A stretch of 64,000 nucleotides of DNA from Felis catus (GCF_018350175.1 NC_058368.1:94738001-94802000); one strand, 5' to 3'. Shown: positions 11,736-25,634, counted from the stretch's first letter. The notes: a model not told the origin generated them from the letters alone. Made by a program: numbers and translations.

Positions 11736-12450
11736 GTTTTTTTTCTATATTTTCTTCCTGAAATTTTATAGTTTTATAGAGGAAAGGATAGTCTTTCAAC
11801 AAGGGGTGTTGGGACAATTAGATAGCTGTATGGTCTATTCTTTATTTCATGTAATTCCCTGGTGGTACCTTTGTCTAAAATCAGCTCATCATAAATGGAA
11901 GGGTTTATTTCTGGACTCTGTTACGCTGCATTGATTTAAATGTCCATCTTTAGACCAATACCACATCATCTTGATTGCTGTAGCTTTATAGCAGGTTTTT
12001 GAAATCGCATTAAATAATTCCTTCTTCCTTTCTCAAAATTATTTTGCCTACTTTACGTTCTTTGCATTTCCATATGTATATTAAGATCAGTTTGGTAGCT
12101 TTCAGTGAAGAGATGTTATGCTTTTGTTGCTAAATTTATTGCGAAGGATTTTATTTTCTTAGAAACTCTTATGAGTTGAATTATTTTCTCAATTTCACTT
12201 TTGAATTGTTGCTGGTACACAGAGATACAATTTACACGGGCCTTGTAACCCATGACTTAATCGTTTCTCAGTTCGAGTAGTTTTTGGAGGGGGCGAATCT
12301 CTCGGGTTTTTCTACATACAAGGGTCATGTTACCTGAGAATACAAACACTTTACTTGTTTTCAAATGTGTTTGCTTTCCATTTTTCTCTCTTACGGTATT
12401 TCACATTCCAAAACTACCTGTACATTGTTGAGTAAAAGTGATGGCAGCGT
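11736..12450 (-). mobile_element. Ancient L1 ORF2 fragment with a small internal inversion
   Basis: gggtttatttctggactctg, ccaataccacatcatcttgattgctgtagctttata, tttgcatttccatatgtatattaagatcag. Confidence 0.8.
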
Positions 12451-13214
12451 CTTTATGTAGTTTGTTTGCATTTTAATCTAGTGTTTTTTCACTGCTGTCT
12501 CTGGCATTTTGTGTGACCACTTCAGTCATGACCAGAACGTGAACTTAGTTGATTTTAATAGTGCATATTAGAAAAAGAAAAGAAAAGAAAGAAACCTCTA
12601 AATGTTCAAATTTAAGTGAAGTTTTTTGATATTAACTTATACCTCAACTCTTCCATTTCCATGTTGATAGTTAATACCTTTTCTTTTTTAAGGGCTAGCA
12701 TATTTCTATTTTAGCTGATGGGCTCTCCGCAGCTTCTATCAGTTTGTATGTTTGTGCATTTAATAGTACAACTAAAGCCACTATTGACTCCTCACCACTG
12801 TCAGATTTCTAGGCATTTGGGTGGAAAATAGTTTGGCATTGGTCGTGGTGGTTACTGGAGAACTGAGAATTAAAAGGCAAGGCAAATATTTTTATTCTCA
12901 AAGGAAAATTTTCGGTCCTGCTGTGTTGTTGAACACTTTGTTCTCTTGTGAACTAACCCATTTTTAGGTTTTCTGCGATGACTAGCATTGTAACCATGAA
13001 TTTACGTGGCCAGAATTTATTGACTGTTCCCAGGTTAAATCAGTAAACAGTAATGTTATGTTATTGTCCTTTGACGTGGGAGTGTTTTCTCTAAGAGTCA
13101 GACTTTTGTTTCTCCAGCTTTTCCAACATATTACCTCTATTATTAGTTATTTTGATATAGTTCCATGAACTTACTGAGTTTCACAGCTGGAAGAAGAGAA
13201 CAAATGATTAGAAC

Positions 13215-13330
13215 TGCAATCTACTTACTTAATTGACGAAAAAACTCAAGTGCAACCAGTTAAAACACTTCAAGTGGTTTAATACTAATGGGCAGTGTCA
13301 GAACTAGCTCTTGAACCTTGCTTCCCCACC
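13215..13330 (-). mobile_element. MIR fragment
   Basis: gacgaaaaaactcaagtgc...gtgtcagaactagctcttgaacc. Confidence 0.45.
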
Positions 13331-13406
13331 TGTTCTGGTATACCTAAGTTGACTTCCTCCTCAGAAAACTTAGAATGGTGTGACTTCCAAGAAACTTTCA
13401 TGTCCT

Positions 13407-13625
13407 GGGGCACCTGGGTGGCTCAGTCAGTTAAGCGTCCGACTCTTGCTTTCGGCTCAGGTCACAATCTCATTGTTGCATGAGTTCAAGCTCCGTGTCA
13501 GGCTCTGCGCTGACATCACAGAGTCTGCTTGGGATTCTCTCTCCCCTCCGCTCTCTCTCTCTTGCCCTCCCCCCATTCATGCTGTCTCTCTTTCAGAAAT
13601 AAATAAATAAACTTAAAAAAAAAAA
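13407..13625 (+). mobile_element. CanSINE
   Basis: Full structure; TSD core CTTTCATGTC. Confidence 0.96.
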
Positions 13626-14147
13626 GCTTTCATGTCTCTTTCAAGAAACCATCCCACCTCAAAATCATACAGTTTTCTTACTCTCTATATCTATATTTGA
13701 TTAGCACATACAGCTTCTTTTGTTTCTTCAGTTATCAGAGTCTCCATAAGCTGCAAAATACATATTTTTAAAATTTACTTGGAATGAAACATCAGTAAGT
13801 ATGTGGTTGTGATTTTTTTCTAAAAACTGTAGAAGAAATTTGTTCCAACCTGAAACTAATTTTAATTTCATTTTAATTTTAGAGCGTGCTTGTTTTATGC
13901 ACATTATCTACTAAATGGAAAAGAGATCTGGAGATGGGCAGATAAACAAAAAGAATCACCCTAGGCACATTGTATAATACCCTGTCTAGTGTTGTAACAT
14001 AAAGTTGGGATATTGGAATGTCTCAAATAACGGCAGAGATTCCTGCTGTCTCTCTCTCTTTCCCTTCCTACTTCCCTCCCTCCCTTCCTTCTTTCTTTAA
14101 CTAGTCCTGTCCTAAATCATAGCTCTTTTTTTTAAAAGGCCCTTTGA

Positions 14148-14372
14148 GGGGCGCCTGGGTGGCTCAGTCAGTTAAGGGTCCGGCTTCGGCTCAGGTCATG
14201 ATCTCACGGTCTGTGAGTTCGAGCCCCGCGTCAGGCTCTGTGCTGACAGCTCAGAGCCTGGAGCCCATTTCAGATTCTGTGTCTCCCTCTCTCTCTGTCC
14301 CTTCCCTGTTCATGCTCTGTCTCTCTCTGTCTCAAAAATAAATAAACATTAAAAAAATAAAAATAAAAAAAA
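14148..14372 (+). mobile_element. CanSINE
   Basis: Full structure; TSD AAAAGGCCCTTTGA at 14134-14147 and 14373-14386, at a TT|AAAA site. Confidence 0.97.
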
Positions 14373-14409
14373 AAAAGGCCCTTTGAGTACACTGGGACTT
14401 GGATGTTTG

Positions 14410-15120
14410 GTGTACTGTTACCTTAAGTTTACTCAAGGCGGAAACTTAGGACTCAGTCCTCAATTCCTTTCTTTCATTCCCCCTATCCGTGTTTCAGCCA
14501 TATTGCTTATCTCTTCAAATTATATCTTGAATCCACTTTTCCACCTGTTCCAAAGTGTCATTGTTCTTTGACTTTCCAGATTCCCACTTTCCTCTCTAAT
14601 CCATTGTTACACAGTTTACAGTTGACCTTCTTAAAATGTTATTTGGATAACTCACTCCCTGCGTAAACCACTTTCCAGTAACTCTCCATTGTACTTAGTA
14701 TAACATCTAGACTCTTTTTTGCTTATGATACCTTTTCCAGTGGGCCCAACTCTCTTGCTCTCCCACCTAATCTCATTCATCGACCAATCATACTGATATC
14801 CTTGTAGTTCCTTACATGCTGGCATCTTTCTGCTCCACTTGAATCACAATGCTTTTTCATCTGCCCAGAACTCTTTTTCCAGCTTAGCACACAGCTAACT
14901 CGTTCCCTCTACTTTCTTAACTCAAATAGATGTCCTTAGAAAGGTGTACCATGAACACCATACCCATCCTGGTCCATTGTTACCTTCATTTTTACCTGTT
15001 ATTATGGCTTGCAGTTCTTTTTGCCTGTTTCCTTGTATTTTTGTTTTTCTAAAATTTAAACTTCATGAGGGTAGGAGATCCTAAACACACTGTCTGGTCC
15101 ATAGTAAGCATTCAGTTTTT
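14410..15120 (+). mobile_element. LINE-2 3' region
   Basis: atatcttgaatccactt, tcactccctgcgtaaaccactttccagt, cttcatgagggtagga, catagtaagcattcagt. Confidence 0.7.
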
Positions 15121-16119
15121 ACCAACTTCTTCAATGAAAGTTAGAGTGTTTTTGGACAAGTAGCTCAGCTTAAGCTAGAATGTCTGTAGGGGGGAAGAAA
15201 AGAACCTGTAAAATGTAATTGATTTTATCTAATCTTGCATTTTAAATGTGGCCATAAATTTATTTTGTGACTGTTAAATACAGCATTCAGTATGTAACAT
15301 TAGACTGTAAATGTGTCTTAAAAATTTAAGTGCCACTGTTCCAGACTACTTATCAACTGAAATTATGTCCTGCTTAAAGATTTATCATTTTTAAATGATT
15401 GTACATAAAATAGCATGACCATTTTGTATTCAGTCTTCTCATTTGTGATATTTCCTGTCATGTATGCTTACCATTTATTGCTTATTTTGAGGAATTTATA
15501 TAGTTTGTTTCCTATGGAGCGCATACCAAGAGTTTTATAATTCGAGTGGTAAACATTTTCTGACTTTCACTTTTTAGAAGCCAAGCGGTAGTTGGGTCCA
15601 AAGTGGAGCACAGACAGTTGGGCATATTCACATGGTTAGGTTGTGAGGAGGATCCAAGTTGTGGGACCCACATTCCCATTTGTGAGCTGCAGAAGGCTGA
15701 GTTCCTAAGGTTGGAGGGGAAACTGGAGATCAGCCTGACAAGACTTCAGTCGCCTTCATTCTTAGCCTCACTGCAAGCCCCTTGAGTTGGAGGAAATTCA
15801 TCTTCTGCCCTTATCCTGAGGAGCAGTGATTTCTCGGTATGGATGAAACACCTGGAGAATTCCGGCATATTGGAGAAACACTTTAAGTACTACACAGCCC
15901 TACTCAGAATACTTAAACTCTACCCCTCTCCTGGTCACCTTCAACGGGGAGACTGGGATCATGGTTCACGGCCGTTGCCATGTTGCTGCTTCTAGCCTTA
16001 GGTAATGATGCTCCCAGAGTTCCACTCTGTGGACTCTCAGTTAGGCCGCCAAACAGAATATGCTTCTGGAGCACAGGTCTTACCAAAACATCCCTAAGCT
16101 CCTACCACCTCTTACCTTC

Positions 16120-16270
16120 CACGGAACCTCGGACAAATTCTAAGCTCAGTTCCATTATCAAATGAGGTTAAATCATAGCGTCACCTTCCAACTAACATCA
16201 TTATGAGAATTCAGTGTGTTAATGCATACTAAAGTGTTTTTCACGGCAGCTGACACTAGGCAGATATCAT
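16120..16270 (+). mobile_element. MIR fragment
   Basis: ctcagttccattatcaaatgagg...atgagaattcagtgtgttaatgcatactaaagtg...ctgacactagg. Confidence 0.6.
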
Positions 16271-17391
16271 TGGTTGTGGTTGTCATCATTGTGGTTAAGG
16301 AAACCACCCCCCCCCCCCCCGCCCCAACAGCACCATTAGAGATCCTATAAAGAGTGTCAGGGGGGAAGACTACTTTTTTAAGCATTCTAGAATTAGAAGT
16401 TTAGAAGTCTGTTCTGGGGTATGTACTCTTACCCTGACCTCCACTCTTTGCAAAATGATTCTCTCTCCCTCATGACATCTGTCAGAATAGAACATTTTCA
16501 GAGGCTCAAGGCACACCATTCTGGGAGTCAGTGTCCAGTCACATTAATGGGAATAGCCCTGTGATCTTTGTTCATATCCTACCTGTCACCTACCCCAGAT
16601 TTTTCTGGTAGCCCCCCAGGACGGTGTCACTAGTGCACACAGGCTCCGCATGTTCCCCTACTCTTGTCTTGTCATGGATTTGCAGGAGCATAGACCCTTG
16701 CCACCACCTCTGTAATGCCTGCCCTGGGGGGCTCGTCCTCATTAAGATGCTGTCTGTTAATGTCTATTGGAGCTTCCAAAATGGCATTGCGTTCACTTTA
16801 ATAAATGCTGCTGTGCTTGGACTCCAGGTCTCACAGAATCCTTCCTGAAAACAACTTTTGTCTATAGGCCTAGCCCTAGTTTTTCCTCCCTTACCTGTCC
16901 TCGTCTGCCACCAGGTGTTGTTAGGCTTCTGCTCTGTGTGCGGGTGAGGCCGTACGTCCACTTGGGGATGTCCCTATTCTCCCATCCCATCCCACCACGG
17001 ACATCCAGATACCTCTGGGTCCCAGCATGACTTCAGCCACACTGAAATTCCATACTTATTCATCAAAATTGCAGTGATGATTTATTATACCATACCCCTC
17101 ATATACTATTAGGAGTTTATCATATAGGCAAGTTGCTAATCTTGACAGTTGAAGACATTAAAGACTTGTCAGACTTCATCTAACTTCTCTTTGATTTTGC
17201 ACAAATTCACGTTATTTCTGTGTTCAAGGCCCAAGGTGTTGGGAAATGTGCCTCTTCTGCTCACTCTGCCTGACTCTCACTCTCTTTGGCCTTTCTACTT
17301 TATGAGGGTGGTAAGCAGCACCCATTTCTATCAGTACGACAGGTTCACCCTTCTTGACATAAGTCAGAGTTGATCGTTTAAAATGAATTCT

Positions 17392-17605
17392 GGGGCACCT
17401 GGGTGGCACAGTCAGTTAAGCATTTGACTCTTGGTTTTGGTTCAGGTCATGATCTCATGGTTCATGAGTTCAAACCCTACATCGGGCTCTGCACTGATGT
17501 TGCAGAGCCTGCTTGGGATTCTGTGTCGACTTCTCTCTGACCCTCCCCCACTTGTGCTCTCTCTCCCTCTTTCTCAAAATAAATAAACTTAAAAAAAATT
17601 TTTTT
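17392..17605 (+). mobile_element. CanSINE
   Basis: Full structure. Confidence 0.95.
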
Positions 17606-18114
17606 TAAATAATCCTTACTTTAATACTAGATTCAGGCCGCAGACACATTCTTTTCTCTTAGCTAGCTTCCTCCTCGATGGAGCCTCGCATTTGCCATCA
17701 ACAAGGCTTGGGTCTCTTGGAGCAGACAGTATTATTCCCACCAGTAATTCTAATACCTTTGTGGTAAATTGGTTACAGTTACCCCTTCTCTGCCTTTTCC
17801 TTCCATCAGTTCCTTTGAGGACCTCTTCCACTTTGCTTTCTCTATCTTTCACGGTATCTTTGAACGACTCCTTGATTTTACATCTGTAACGTGGTGCTAC
17901 CCGCAGAGGCTTTTTACATGTATACTTCCTAATCATTTAACCTAGAATAGTACTGTCCTTGAAATTCCACATTTATGGCCTGTCTCAGATGCCTCCCAGC
18001 GCCAGTCCGCTGTTACCTGCAGGGAACAGGGAACACGGCCAGAAATCCTAAGCCCACCCACTTAGGTGATTTCATTCTTCTTATCTTCATTTCCCAAGGT
18101 ATTGGCTTCAGGAC

Positions 18115-18139
18115 TTTTTTTTTTTTTTTTTTTTTTTTT
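18115..18139. repeat. Poly(T)25
   Basis: Direct count. Confidence 0.95.
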
Positions 18140-19489
18140 AGCTAGTGTTATTACAGGGCTTAGTTTTCTGACTTGATTGATGATACCAAGCGTTCACAGC
18201 TTTTCAGTTTCTCCATTTAGAAGCAAGGAATTTAAAAAAGTCACTATCGATGCCTTTTATCATGAAAAAGACAAGTAGAAGGAATTAGTCTCTCTCGCCC
18301 AGGGATGTCAGCGTGTGTATACCGCTGGGAACCAGACAGCATGTCTAGGTAAAATCACTTATCACAGTGCAGCTACGTTTTCACTATGGTAATTTCAGCT
18401 GAACCGGGTCATGTTAGAAATGTCAACAAGGCAAGAAAGGGAATAAAATGTCATCGGAATAATGCACAGATGCTTACGTTTCAGTAGAGCTTAACATCTT
18501 TTATAGGAATCAGGATTAGAAGGGTGTTTTGTTTTGTTTTTTTCATTGTGGTGATAAATGTGAATACAGTCACTGTCACTGTGACTCCTAGGTGTTCATT
18601 TTGGCCTCGTTCCTGCTTTCCTTAAATAAGAAGAAAAAAAAAATCTCAATTTTTCCAGTGGAAGTTGGTACAGATAGGAGTTTTTCAGCTAAATAGGTAA
18701 TAGTCATTGTACTGGCTTGATTTAAAAACACACTTTCCATTCACCTTTAAAAAGTGGGTTAGGAGAAATAAAACAGCATAGTGTGAGCCCCAAAACCACC
18801 ATTTTGATACTAACATCATTTATATTCTAGGCCAGAGTTTTAAAATTGGAAAAATAAAATACAATTTTTTTCATTATTGTTGATTTTGCATGACACAAAC
18901 TAGATGTTAATTTTAATTTAAATCACTTTAGGCAAAGTAATTAATGTAAGGAAATAACACACGTATCATGTTCATATATAGTCATTTCTTATTTCAAGTA
19001 AGAGAATTAGAGATAAAAAGGTATAATAAAATAGATTTGTCAAAGAACCTTAAATAGGCTACTGGGGTTTTTTTTTCCTTCAAAATTTCAATTAAATCTG
19101 AAGAGATGATATAATCCTGCTCTGACTTTAAATGAATGTTTTCATGGCTGCATAAATTTGTCATGAGTTGTAGGATTGTAAATGACAATTAAGCCTGGAT
19201 TCTGATCCTTTTCCTTTCGAGCTTATTAAAATAGGACCTTTTGGGACCACTGTGACTATTTCCTTGATAGTTTCATGTTCTAATTTAACCCTGATTATAA
19301 ACAAGTTTTAACTACTTGGTAGTTCAGTTAAATCTTTCTGTACTGGCAAAGAAAAATTTCTTCACCGTAAGTAAATAAGCATTGAAACATGGGCTTCTAT
19401 TTGGAAGATTCACTTACTATGAGAATCGTATTTTTTATTTTGACTCCCAGCTTATGATAGGATTAAGGTCAATTATTTTATCTCTCTCT

Positions 19490-19692
19490 TTTTTTAAGTT
19501 TATTTACTTATTTTGAGGGAGAGAGAAAGTGCACAAGTGTGCAAGGGTGGGGCAGAAAGAGAAGAAGGGGAGAGAGAATCTCAAGCAGGCTCCACACTGT
19601 CAGCACAGGGCTCTGACTCAAGAACAGTGAGATCATGAGCTCAGCCGAAATCAAGAGTCAGATGCTTCCCTGGCTGAGCCACCCAGGAATCC
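19490..19692 (-). mobile_element. CanSINE
   Basis: SINE body on the minus strand. Confidence 0.93.
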
Positions 19693-20214
19693 TGATGATT
19701 TTAGCTCTTTATAAAATAGTGTAAAGTAAATATCTGCCTATAGACATTATAATTCATATTACCTTCACATTTGGTCATAAACACACCTGTACATAGAGAA
19801 CACTTACAATTTATCTACTTTAAAAATAATTATTTCCCTTTTTACAGTTTTTTAATTCCCACTTAGAGAATGAAAGATACAGGCAGTGGTTGTATATTTA
19901 AGACTGATCATTTGTGTTGAGACAGGTGCAGGCTAATAATGACTAAGTCTGGTAAAGATATTTTGGGTTCAATCTCTAGGTGACAAGGTACTCTCGTGTA
20001 ATAAAACTCACCACTTGAACTGGCATTGATTGTCATTGTTGTGGATAATCCTGGCAGGAGCAGCATTGATTGAATAAATGTAAAGATTGAAGTTGCCTTC
20101 TTCTCTAACGGCGGTCACAGAAGCAGGACGAAGTATAAAAGCTGACAGCACCACAGCATTAAATCCATTCAGCTGTACTTCAGAGAACAGAAATGACAGC
20201 GATTAAGGGCGCTG

Positions 20215-20345
20215 TTCGCTTCAACAGGCAGTTACTGAGTAGTCCTGTGGCCCAACACTGTGTTAGCTGCTAACAGATAAAGAAAGGAGAAGACAGTGTG
20301 ATTTTTCTCTAAAGAAGTTGATCATCTAATTTGGGAGACAGACCA
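20215..20345 (-). mobile_element. LINE-2 3' terminus
   Basis: tcaacaggcagttactgagt...aacactgtgttagctgct...tctaatttgggagacaga. Confidence 0.6.
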
Positions 20346-20961
20346 TCCATATATGAAACAGCTGGAGAACAAAGTACAACAATATATATACTCTAGTGTA
20401 GCTTTGTGCCACAAAGGATGTGCCGCTTGCCATCCGTCTGGCAAGTAAGAAGATATTTTCGTATCATGTGAAATTCTGTGTGGTGCCACGGAGTCACACA
20501 GCCCGGGTTATTTGAGACTTTCGATTACTTAAAAAGTCATTTAAAAGATGTTTATTTAAAATATCATTTAGCTCAACCTAAACACCAGTTAGATACATGA
20601 TCACTTCCTACGTGAGACAGTAATAAATTCAAGAATCTTTTACTCCCTTTTAATGGCTCAGTCTATTGAATATAAACTTTATTAGATTTTATCCAGGATT
20701 CTCTCTTTTCCCATGATATCCTAAAGTTTCATTTAGTTTTTTCATTTCAGTAAGTCTTCAGTGTATTCTAAACATAGTTTATTTTTCCAGTGTCCAGGTA
20801 TTCTGAAGGGTTTATTAGAAAGTAAGCCTCAAAGAGGACAGTCACCTGCTTGGCTTTGTGTAAGGAGGCCATGCGGTCAAGCATCCTTACTACCTTCTGT
20901 TTTTCTTATTGTTTTCTCCATTGCTTCTAAATGGTAACGGTGTAGGAGATTTTGATTGTTT

Positions 20962-22035
20962 TATTATTATTGTTATTGGAAGAACAATTAACATGAGATC
21001 TACTCTCAACAAGTTTTGAGTTACAATCCAATATTGTTAACTGTAAATAGGCACAGTGTTGTACAGCAGATCTTTAGAACTTAATTGTGTTACATAACAA
21101 AACTTTATGCTTATTGTTTAGCAGCTTTCTCTCTGCTTCCGTGTGTCTGTTTTAGAGACTCATCTAAGTGGAATCATGCAGTGTCTGTTCTTCTGTGACT
21201 GGCTTACTTCACTCGGCATAATGTCCTCAAAGTTCACCTATGTTGTTGCATTTGAGAGCATTGCCTCTTTTTTTCTTTTTTTCCTTTTATAAGGCTGAAA
21301 AATATTCCATTCCAGTCCACATGTACCACATTTTCATTATCCATTCTTCTGTTGATGGACATTTGAGGTTGTTCTGACATCTTGGCTTTTGTGAATAATG
21401 CTTCAGTGAACATTAATGCAGATATATCTCTTCAAGATCCGATTTCAGTTCTTCTGGGTAAATACCCACAAGTGCAATATGGTATTTCCATTTGTTTTTG
21501 TTTTTTTTTTAATTTTTTTTTTCAACATTTATTTATTTTTGGGACAGAGAGAGACAGAGCATGAACGGGGGAGGGGCAGAGAGAGAGGGAGACACAGAAT
21601 CGGAAACAGGCTCCAGGCTCTGAGCCATCAGCCCAGAGCCCGACGCGGGGCTCGAACTCCCGGACCGCGAGATCGTGACCTGGCTGAAGTCGGACGCTTA
21701 ACCGACTGCGCCACCCAGGCGCCCCTCCATTTGTTTTTTTTAATTTTTGAGGAGCGTCCATACTGTTTTCCATAGAAGTGGCATCATTTTACATTCCCAC
21801 CAGTGGGGTACAAGAGTTCCAGTTTGCATTTCCCTGATGACTGGTGATGTTGAACATCTTTTCATATACCTGTTGGCCATTTGTATGTCTTTGGTGGATA
21901 ACTTTTCAGTTCCTTTGCCTATTTTAAAAAATATTTGGTTTTTTGCTATTGAGTTGGAAATGTACCTTTTGTATTTTGGCTATTAACCCCTTATCACATA
22001 TATGTTTTTGCACGTATTTCCTCCCATTCCATAAG
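20962..22035 (-). mobile_element. LINE-1 3' region (L1MA8/9-like), internally deleted, SINE inserted
   Basis: ttaacatgagatctactctc, aggcacagtgttgtacagcagatctttagaactta, taagtggaatcatgcagt, ttacattcccaccag. Confidence 0.88.
21500..21725 (-). mobile_element. Young felid SINE (SINEC_Fc-like)
   Basis: CpGs largely intact; TSD TCCATTTGTTTTT at 21487-21499 and 21726-21738. Confidence 0.98.
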
Positions 22036-23331
22036 CTCGTAGCTTGGAGTGGTTCAAATCTAAAATACACACTCTCGAAATGGTTTTGCCAACTCTTAGA
22101 GTCTCTCAGAAATTCTACAATTAAGTCGAGCTGATGCCACAAGCTACTGGTGGTTGGTATTAGTGCTGTCATTTTGGCTAAATGTCATTGACATGAAATA
22201 CAGTCATTAATCTGGTTAACAACTCACTAAATTATTCACCTGGAATTTTTGGTGTCACAGTTTTTCATAGAGCTTTTTAATGTCAGCTATTTTATTTTTG
22301 GCTATTATACTAAAGTGCTTAAACACCAGGATGTTGGGAGACTAACACTGTCGGGCAAATAGGAAGTCTTATATTTTAGTATGATCTGTTTTCTTCAAAG
22401 TCATTATTTCCTTAATCAAGGTATCTCAGTTTTCGCTTCTCTGGGTGATATTTCCTGGCCATGAATAATACAAGAAATTCTCCAGTTCAACAGAGTGAAA
22501 CTTGAAGGTTTTGTTTTTGGTAACCAGGCTTTCCCTGAAAACCTGTTTCAAATGCAAATTGAGACAGTGTGGTTTTGGCCTTCTTCTGACTGTAGTGTGG
22601 TGGCGTTAAAAGCACCGAGGTCACATCTAGGACATAACATGTTACAGAATGTAGTAACCACAACTGCACTTTTCTCTATTCATGGTGTGGTCAGTATTTA
22701 TCATAATTTAAAAATATGACCATTTTTTTCTTTTTATCCGTCAGTAGTCCTTCTTGGATGTCACTGGCACTTCAGGTAATGGCCTTAATTTCTGTCCAGA
22801 GCATTATTTTATAAACATAAGGGAAGAGATTCATGGAAACATTTTAAAAAAACAAACATTTTCATTAGCATTTGAAAATTCAAATGATTTTATTAATGCG
22901 ACACCAGACAAGTTCCTTCACCTCAATCGGAATTTGATCTGTTTGTCCAAGTTCTACTTCCTTTTTTAAGCCTCTCCATTCTTTTCTCTCTGCTCCATTC
23001 TGTTTTCTCTTTGGCCTCCTGATTTTACTTTCTCTTCCTGTATTCCTTTCTCCATTTGTCCACCTTTTCCCATGTTAACCTCTTCCGTTTCCTCTCCCGT
23101 GTTGCTTGCATTTTGCATTCACGTGTATTCACTTCCTTTCTCATAGTTAATGTGCCTCCTTCATGTGCCATTGTGTCTTCCCCTTATTGAGTTTAATAAA
23201 GGATACACTCTGTCATTCTCTTCTCTGCCTGGCTTTGCTTATGTTCATTTTTCTGTGACAAAGTTGAAGGGTGGATGGAAGAGTTTGGATGGGGTGAAAT
23301 AGAGGTTCATTTAAAAAAAATATTTGTTATA

Positions 23332-23564
23332 GGGGCACCTGGGTGGCTCAGTCAGTTAGCGTCCACTTTGGCTCAGGTCACGATCTCATCATTGGGGAGT
23401 TTGAGCCCCGCCTCAGGCCCTGTGCTGACAGCTTGAAGCCTTGAGCCTGCTTCAGATTCTGTGTCTCCCCATCTCTCCGCCCCTCCCCTGTGTGCTCGCT
23501 CTCTCTCTCTGTCTCTCTTTAAGTTGAACTAAACCAAAAAATATAAACATTAAAAAACAAAGTT
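23332..23564 (+). mobile_element. CanSINE
   Basis: Full structure; TSD AAAATATTTGTT. Confidence 0.95.
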
Positions 23565-25196
23565 AAAATATTTGTTGTTAACTTTAATTAACAAATATTG
23601 TGACAGTTGTTAGTTAACTAGGAGTGGGTAAATAACACGATGATCCTTGAGTGAAAAATTAAGTTAGTATAGCAGTTGTGGTTGAAAGCCATGATTTAAA
23701 CTGAGTAAAGATTCATGACTGACATTAGAAGTAAGCTTTACTGTTCCCATTCCTTTAATTAAGGAGACAGTAGTTAAGAACACTGATCTCTTTAGTGGAA
23801 GATATTTATTTTTTAAAAATCAACTTGTTGATGCAATATGTTACTAGAGGGTGCCTTGAACTACTCTAAGTTTGAAACAAAGCCAAACAAAAACTTGGAC
23901 AGCTAAATGCCAAGGCTTCAAAGCACTTTGGGATCCTCCAAATGGTGGGTCCAAACAAGGGAAGGCATTAAACAGATCCGTATTTGAAAATGACCTTTGT
24001 GATTACTGCTTTAAGTATGACCCAGTGGTACTTTGTCAGAGCTAAGTTAAGTCTCCATCACGGTCTTGGTCCTGTGCTTTGTTGGGCCCTTTTCCTGGGA
24101 ATTTGTTCCTGGGTCTGGGTTTTTGTATTGTTGCCCATAGAAATGGGTTTCTATACCTTAAGTAGAACTGATATTACTTGCTTCACTATGAACTCCTGGA
24201 GAACCTACACATGAAAAAAAGATTTTTACCAACTGTTAGATTAATGTTGAAATACACTACTAATCCTGTTACACCATAGAGGGTACTTGCTTATGAGGTT
24301 CTTGGCACAGAACCTTGAGGTTTGTTAAATAAAACTTCATGGGAATATAGCCTGGTTTCTAACCATTAACAGATGTAACATTTAGGGAAACATTTTTAAA
24401 TTGTAGTAAACCAGTTAAAAGTGGTCAGGACAATCATCAAAGATGTGAAAGTTGCCCAGTCTAGATTCATTGAAAACTCCTGCCTTTTAGCCTATTAATC
24501 ATGAAAATGTTCTGTTCTTAATTATCATGTGCTCCAGAAAATTTGGGCAGTTTTTCTGTGTCACCAATGCTGTGAACAACCAGGCTGACGATTTCCTGAT
24601 AATGTTTTATTATGGTGGTTGCAAGCCATTCTGGAAATAGCATTTGAAGAAATGTCTTGCTCAGAAGCATCATTTCTTCCAGAAAATAGCCTTTCATATT
24701 GGCCTAAAAAAGTTCAAGGATATGGCATCCTGTTGGAGCTCTGGGGCATTACTATTTTCAGACCTGGTTTGTATGCAACTGTGAGCCTTATTGATTTCCA
24801 GATAATATGAATTTATTCAAAACAGGAGATTGTAACATTGTACAACCAGATTGTTTTTAGTTTTATTAAAATTACTTGGATTATAACTAAGAAAATTGCT
24901 TTGAAACAACAGTGATATTATCTTCTGACCCCTGAGCTTTGCTGTCATTGACTACCGAAAAGTCCACCATTAGCCTAACTCTAATTGATAGTACAGATCA
25001 GGAAACGTAAGATTTAACAACAGTGTTGACTTTGGAGGAAATGCAGGATGTATTTATTGCATTTAAAAAAATAAATATAACCAACTGAACTTTGCTAAGT
25101 AATAATTTGGCCATTTAATAAAAAGCCCATTAGAGACGATGATTACTTATGGAAATCTTTTCAAAGAGTACTTCAGCTTACAGATCTTGCATATAA

Positions 25197-25229
25197 TTTT
25201 GTTTGTTTGTTTGTTTGTTTGTTTGTTTT
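25197..25229. repeat. (GTTT)n tetranucleotide repeat
   Basis: Direct reading. Confidence 0.9.
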
Positions 25230-25392
25230 GGCATCCCTCAATTTAGAATAAAGGCATGGTGTGGTACAGTTCTTTTTCAAAATTTCCGGGCTTATGATAG
25301 AAATAAGTTAAATATAAATCACATAATTTTTATAACTGGAACACTAAATCTGTTTTAATAATAATACTAATGAAAGAGGAAATGTGCCATTT

Positions 25393-25592
25393 ATTTTAAG
25401 TGTGTTTTGTTTTGTTTCGGAGGGAGAGAGTACGCACATGGGAGGGACAGAGATGGAGGTCAAGAGAGAATCCCAAGCAGGCTCCGTGCTGTCAGCGCAG
25501 AGCCCAAAGCGGGGGGCCCAATTGCATGAATTGTGAGATCATGACCTGAGCTGAAATCAAGTCAGTCACTAATTAAGCGACGTGTGTGTCTC
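25393..25592 (-). mobile_element. CanSINE (diverged head)
   Basis: SINE body; TSD core AGGAAATGTG. Confidence 0.88.
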
Positions 25593-25634
25593 AGGAAATG
25601 TGTGATATAACCACACGTTTTACCCTGCAAAGAC

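Noticed and set aside
18200..18280. Possible exon (SKEFKKVTIDAFYHEKD)
   Set aside because: Acceptor plausible but no good donor before stops in all frames.
22960..23250. Long pyrimidine-rich tract
   Set aside because: Low complexity with no periodicity or mirror repeat that I could establish.
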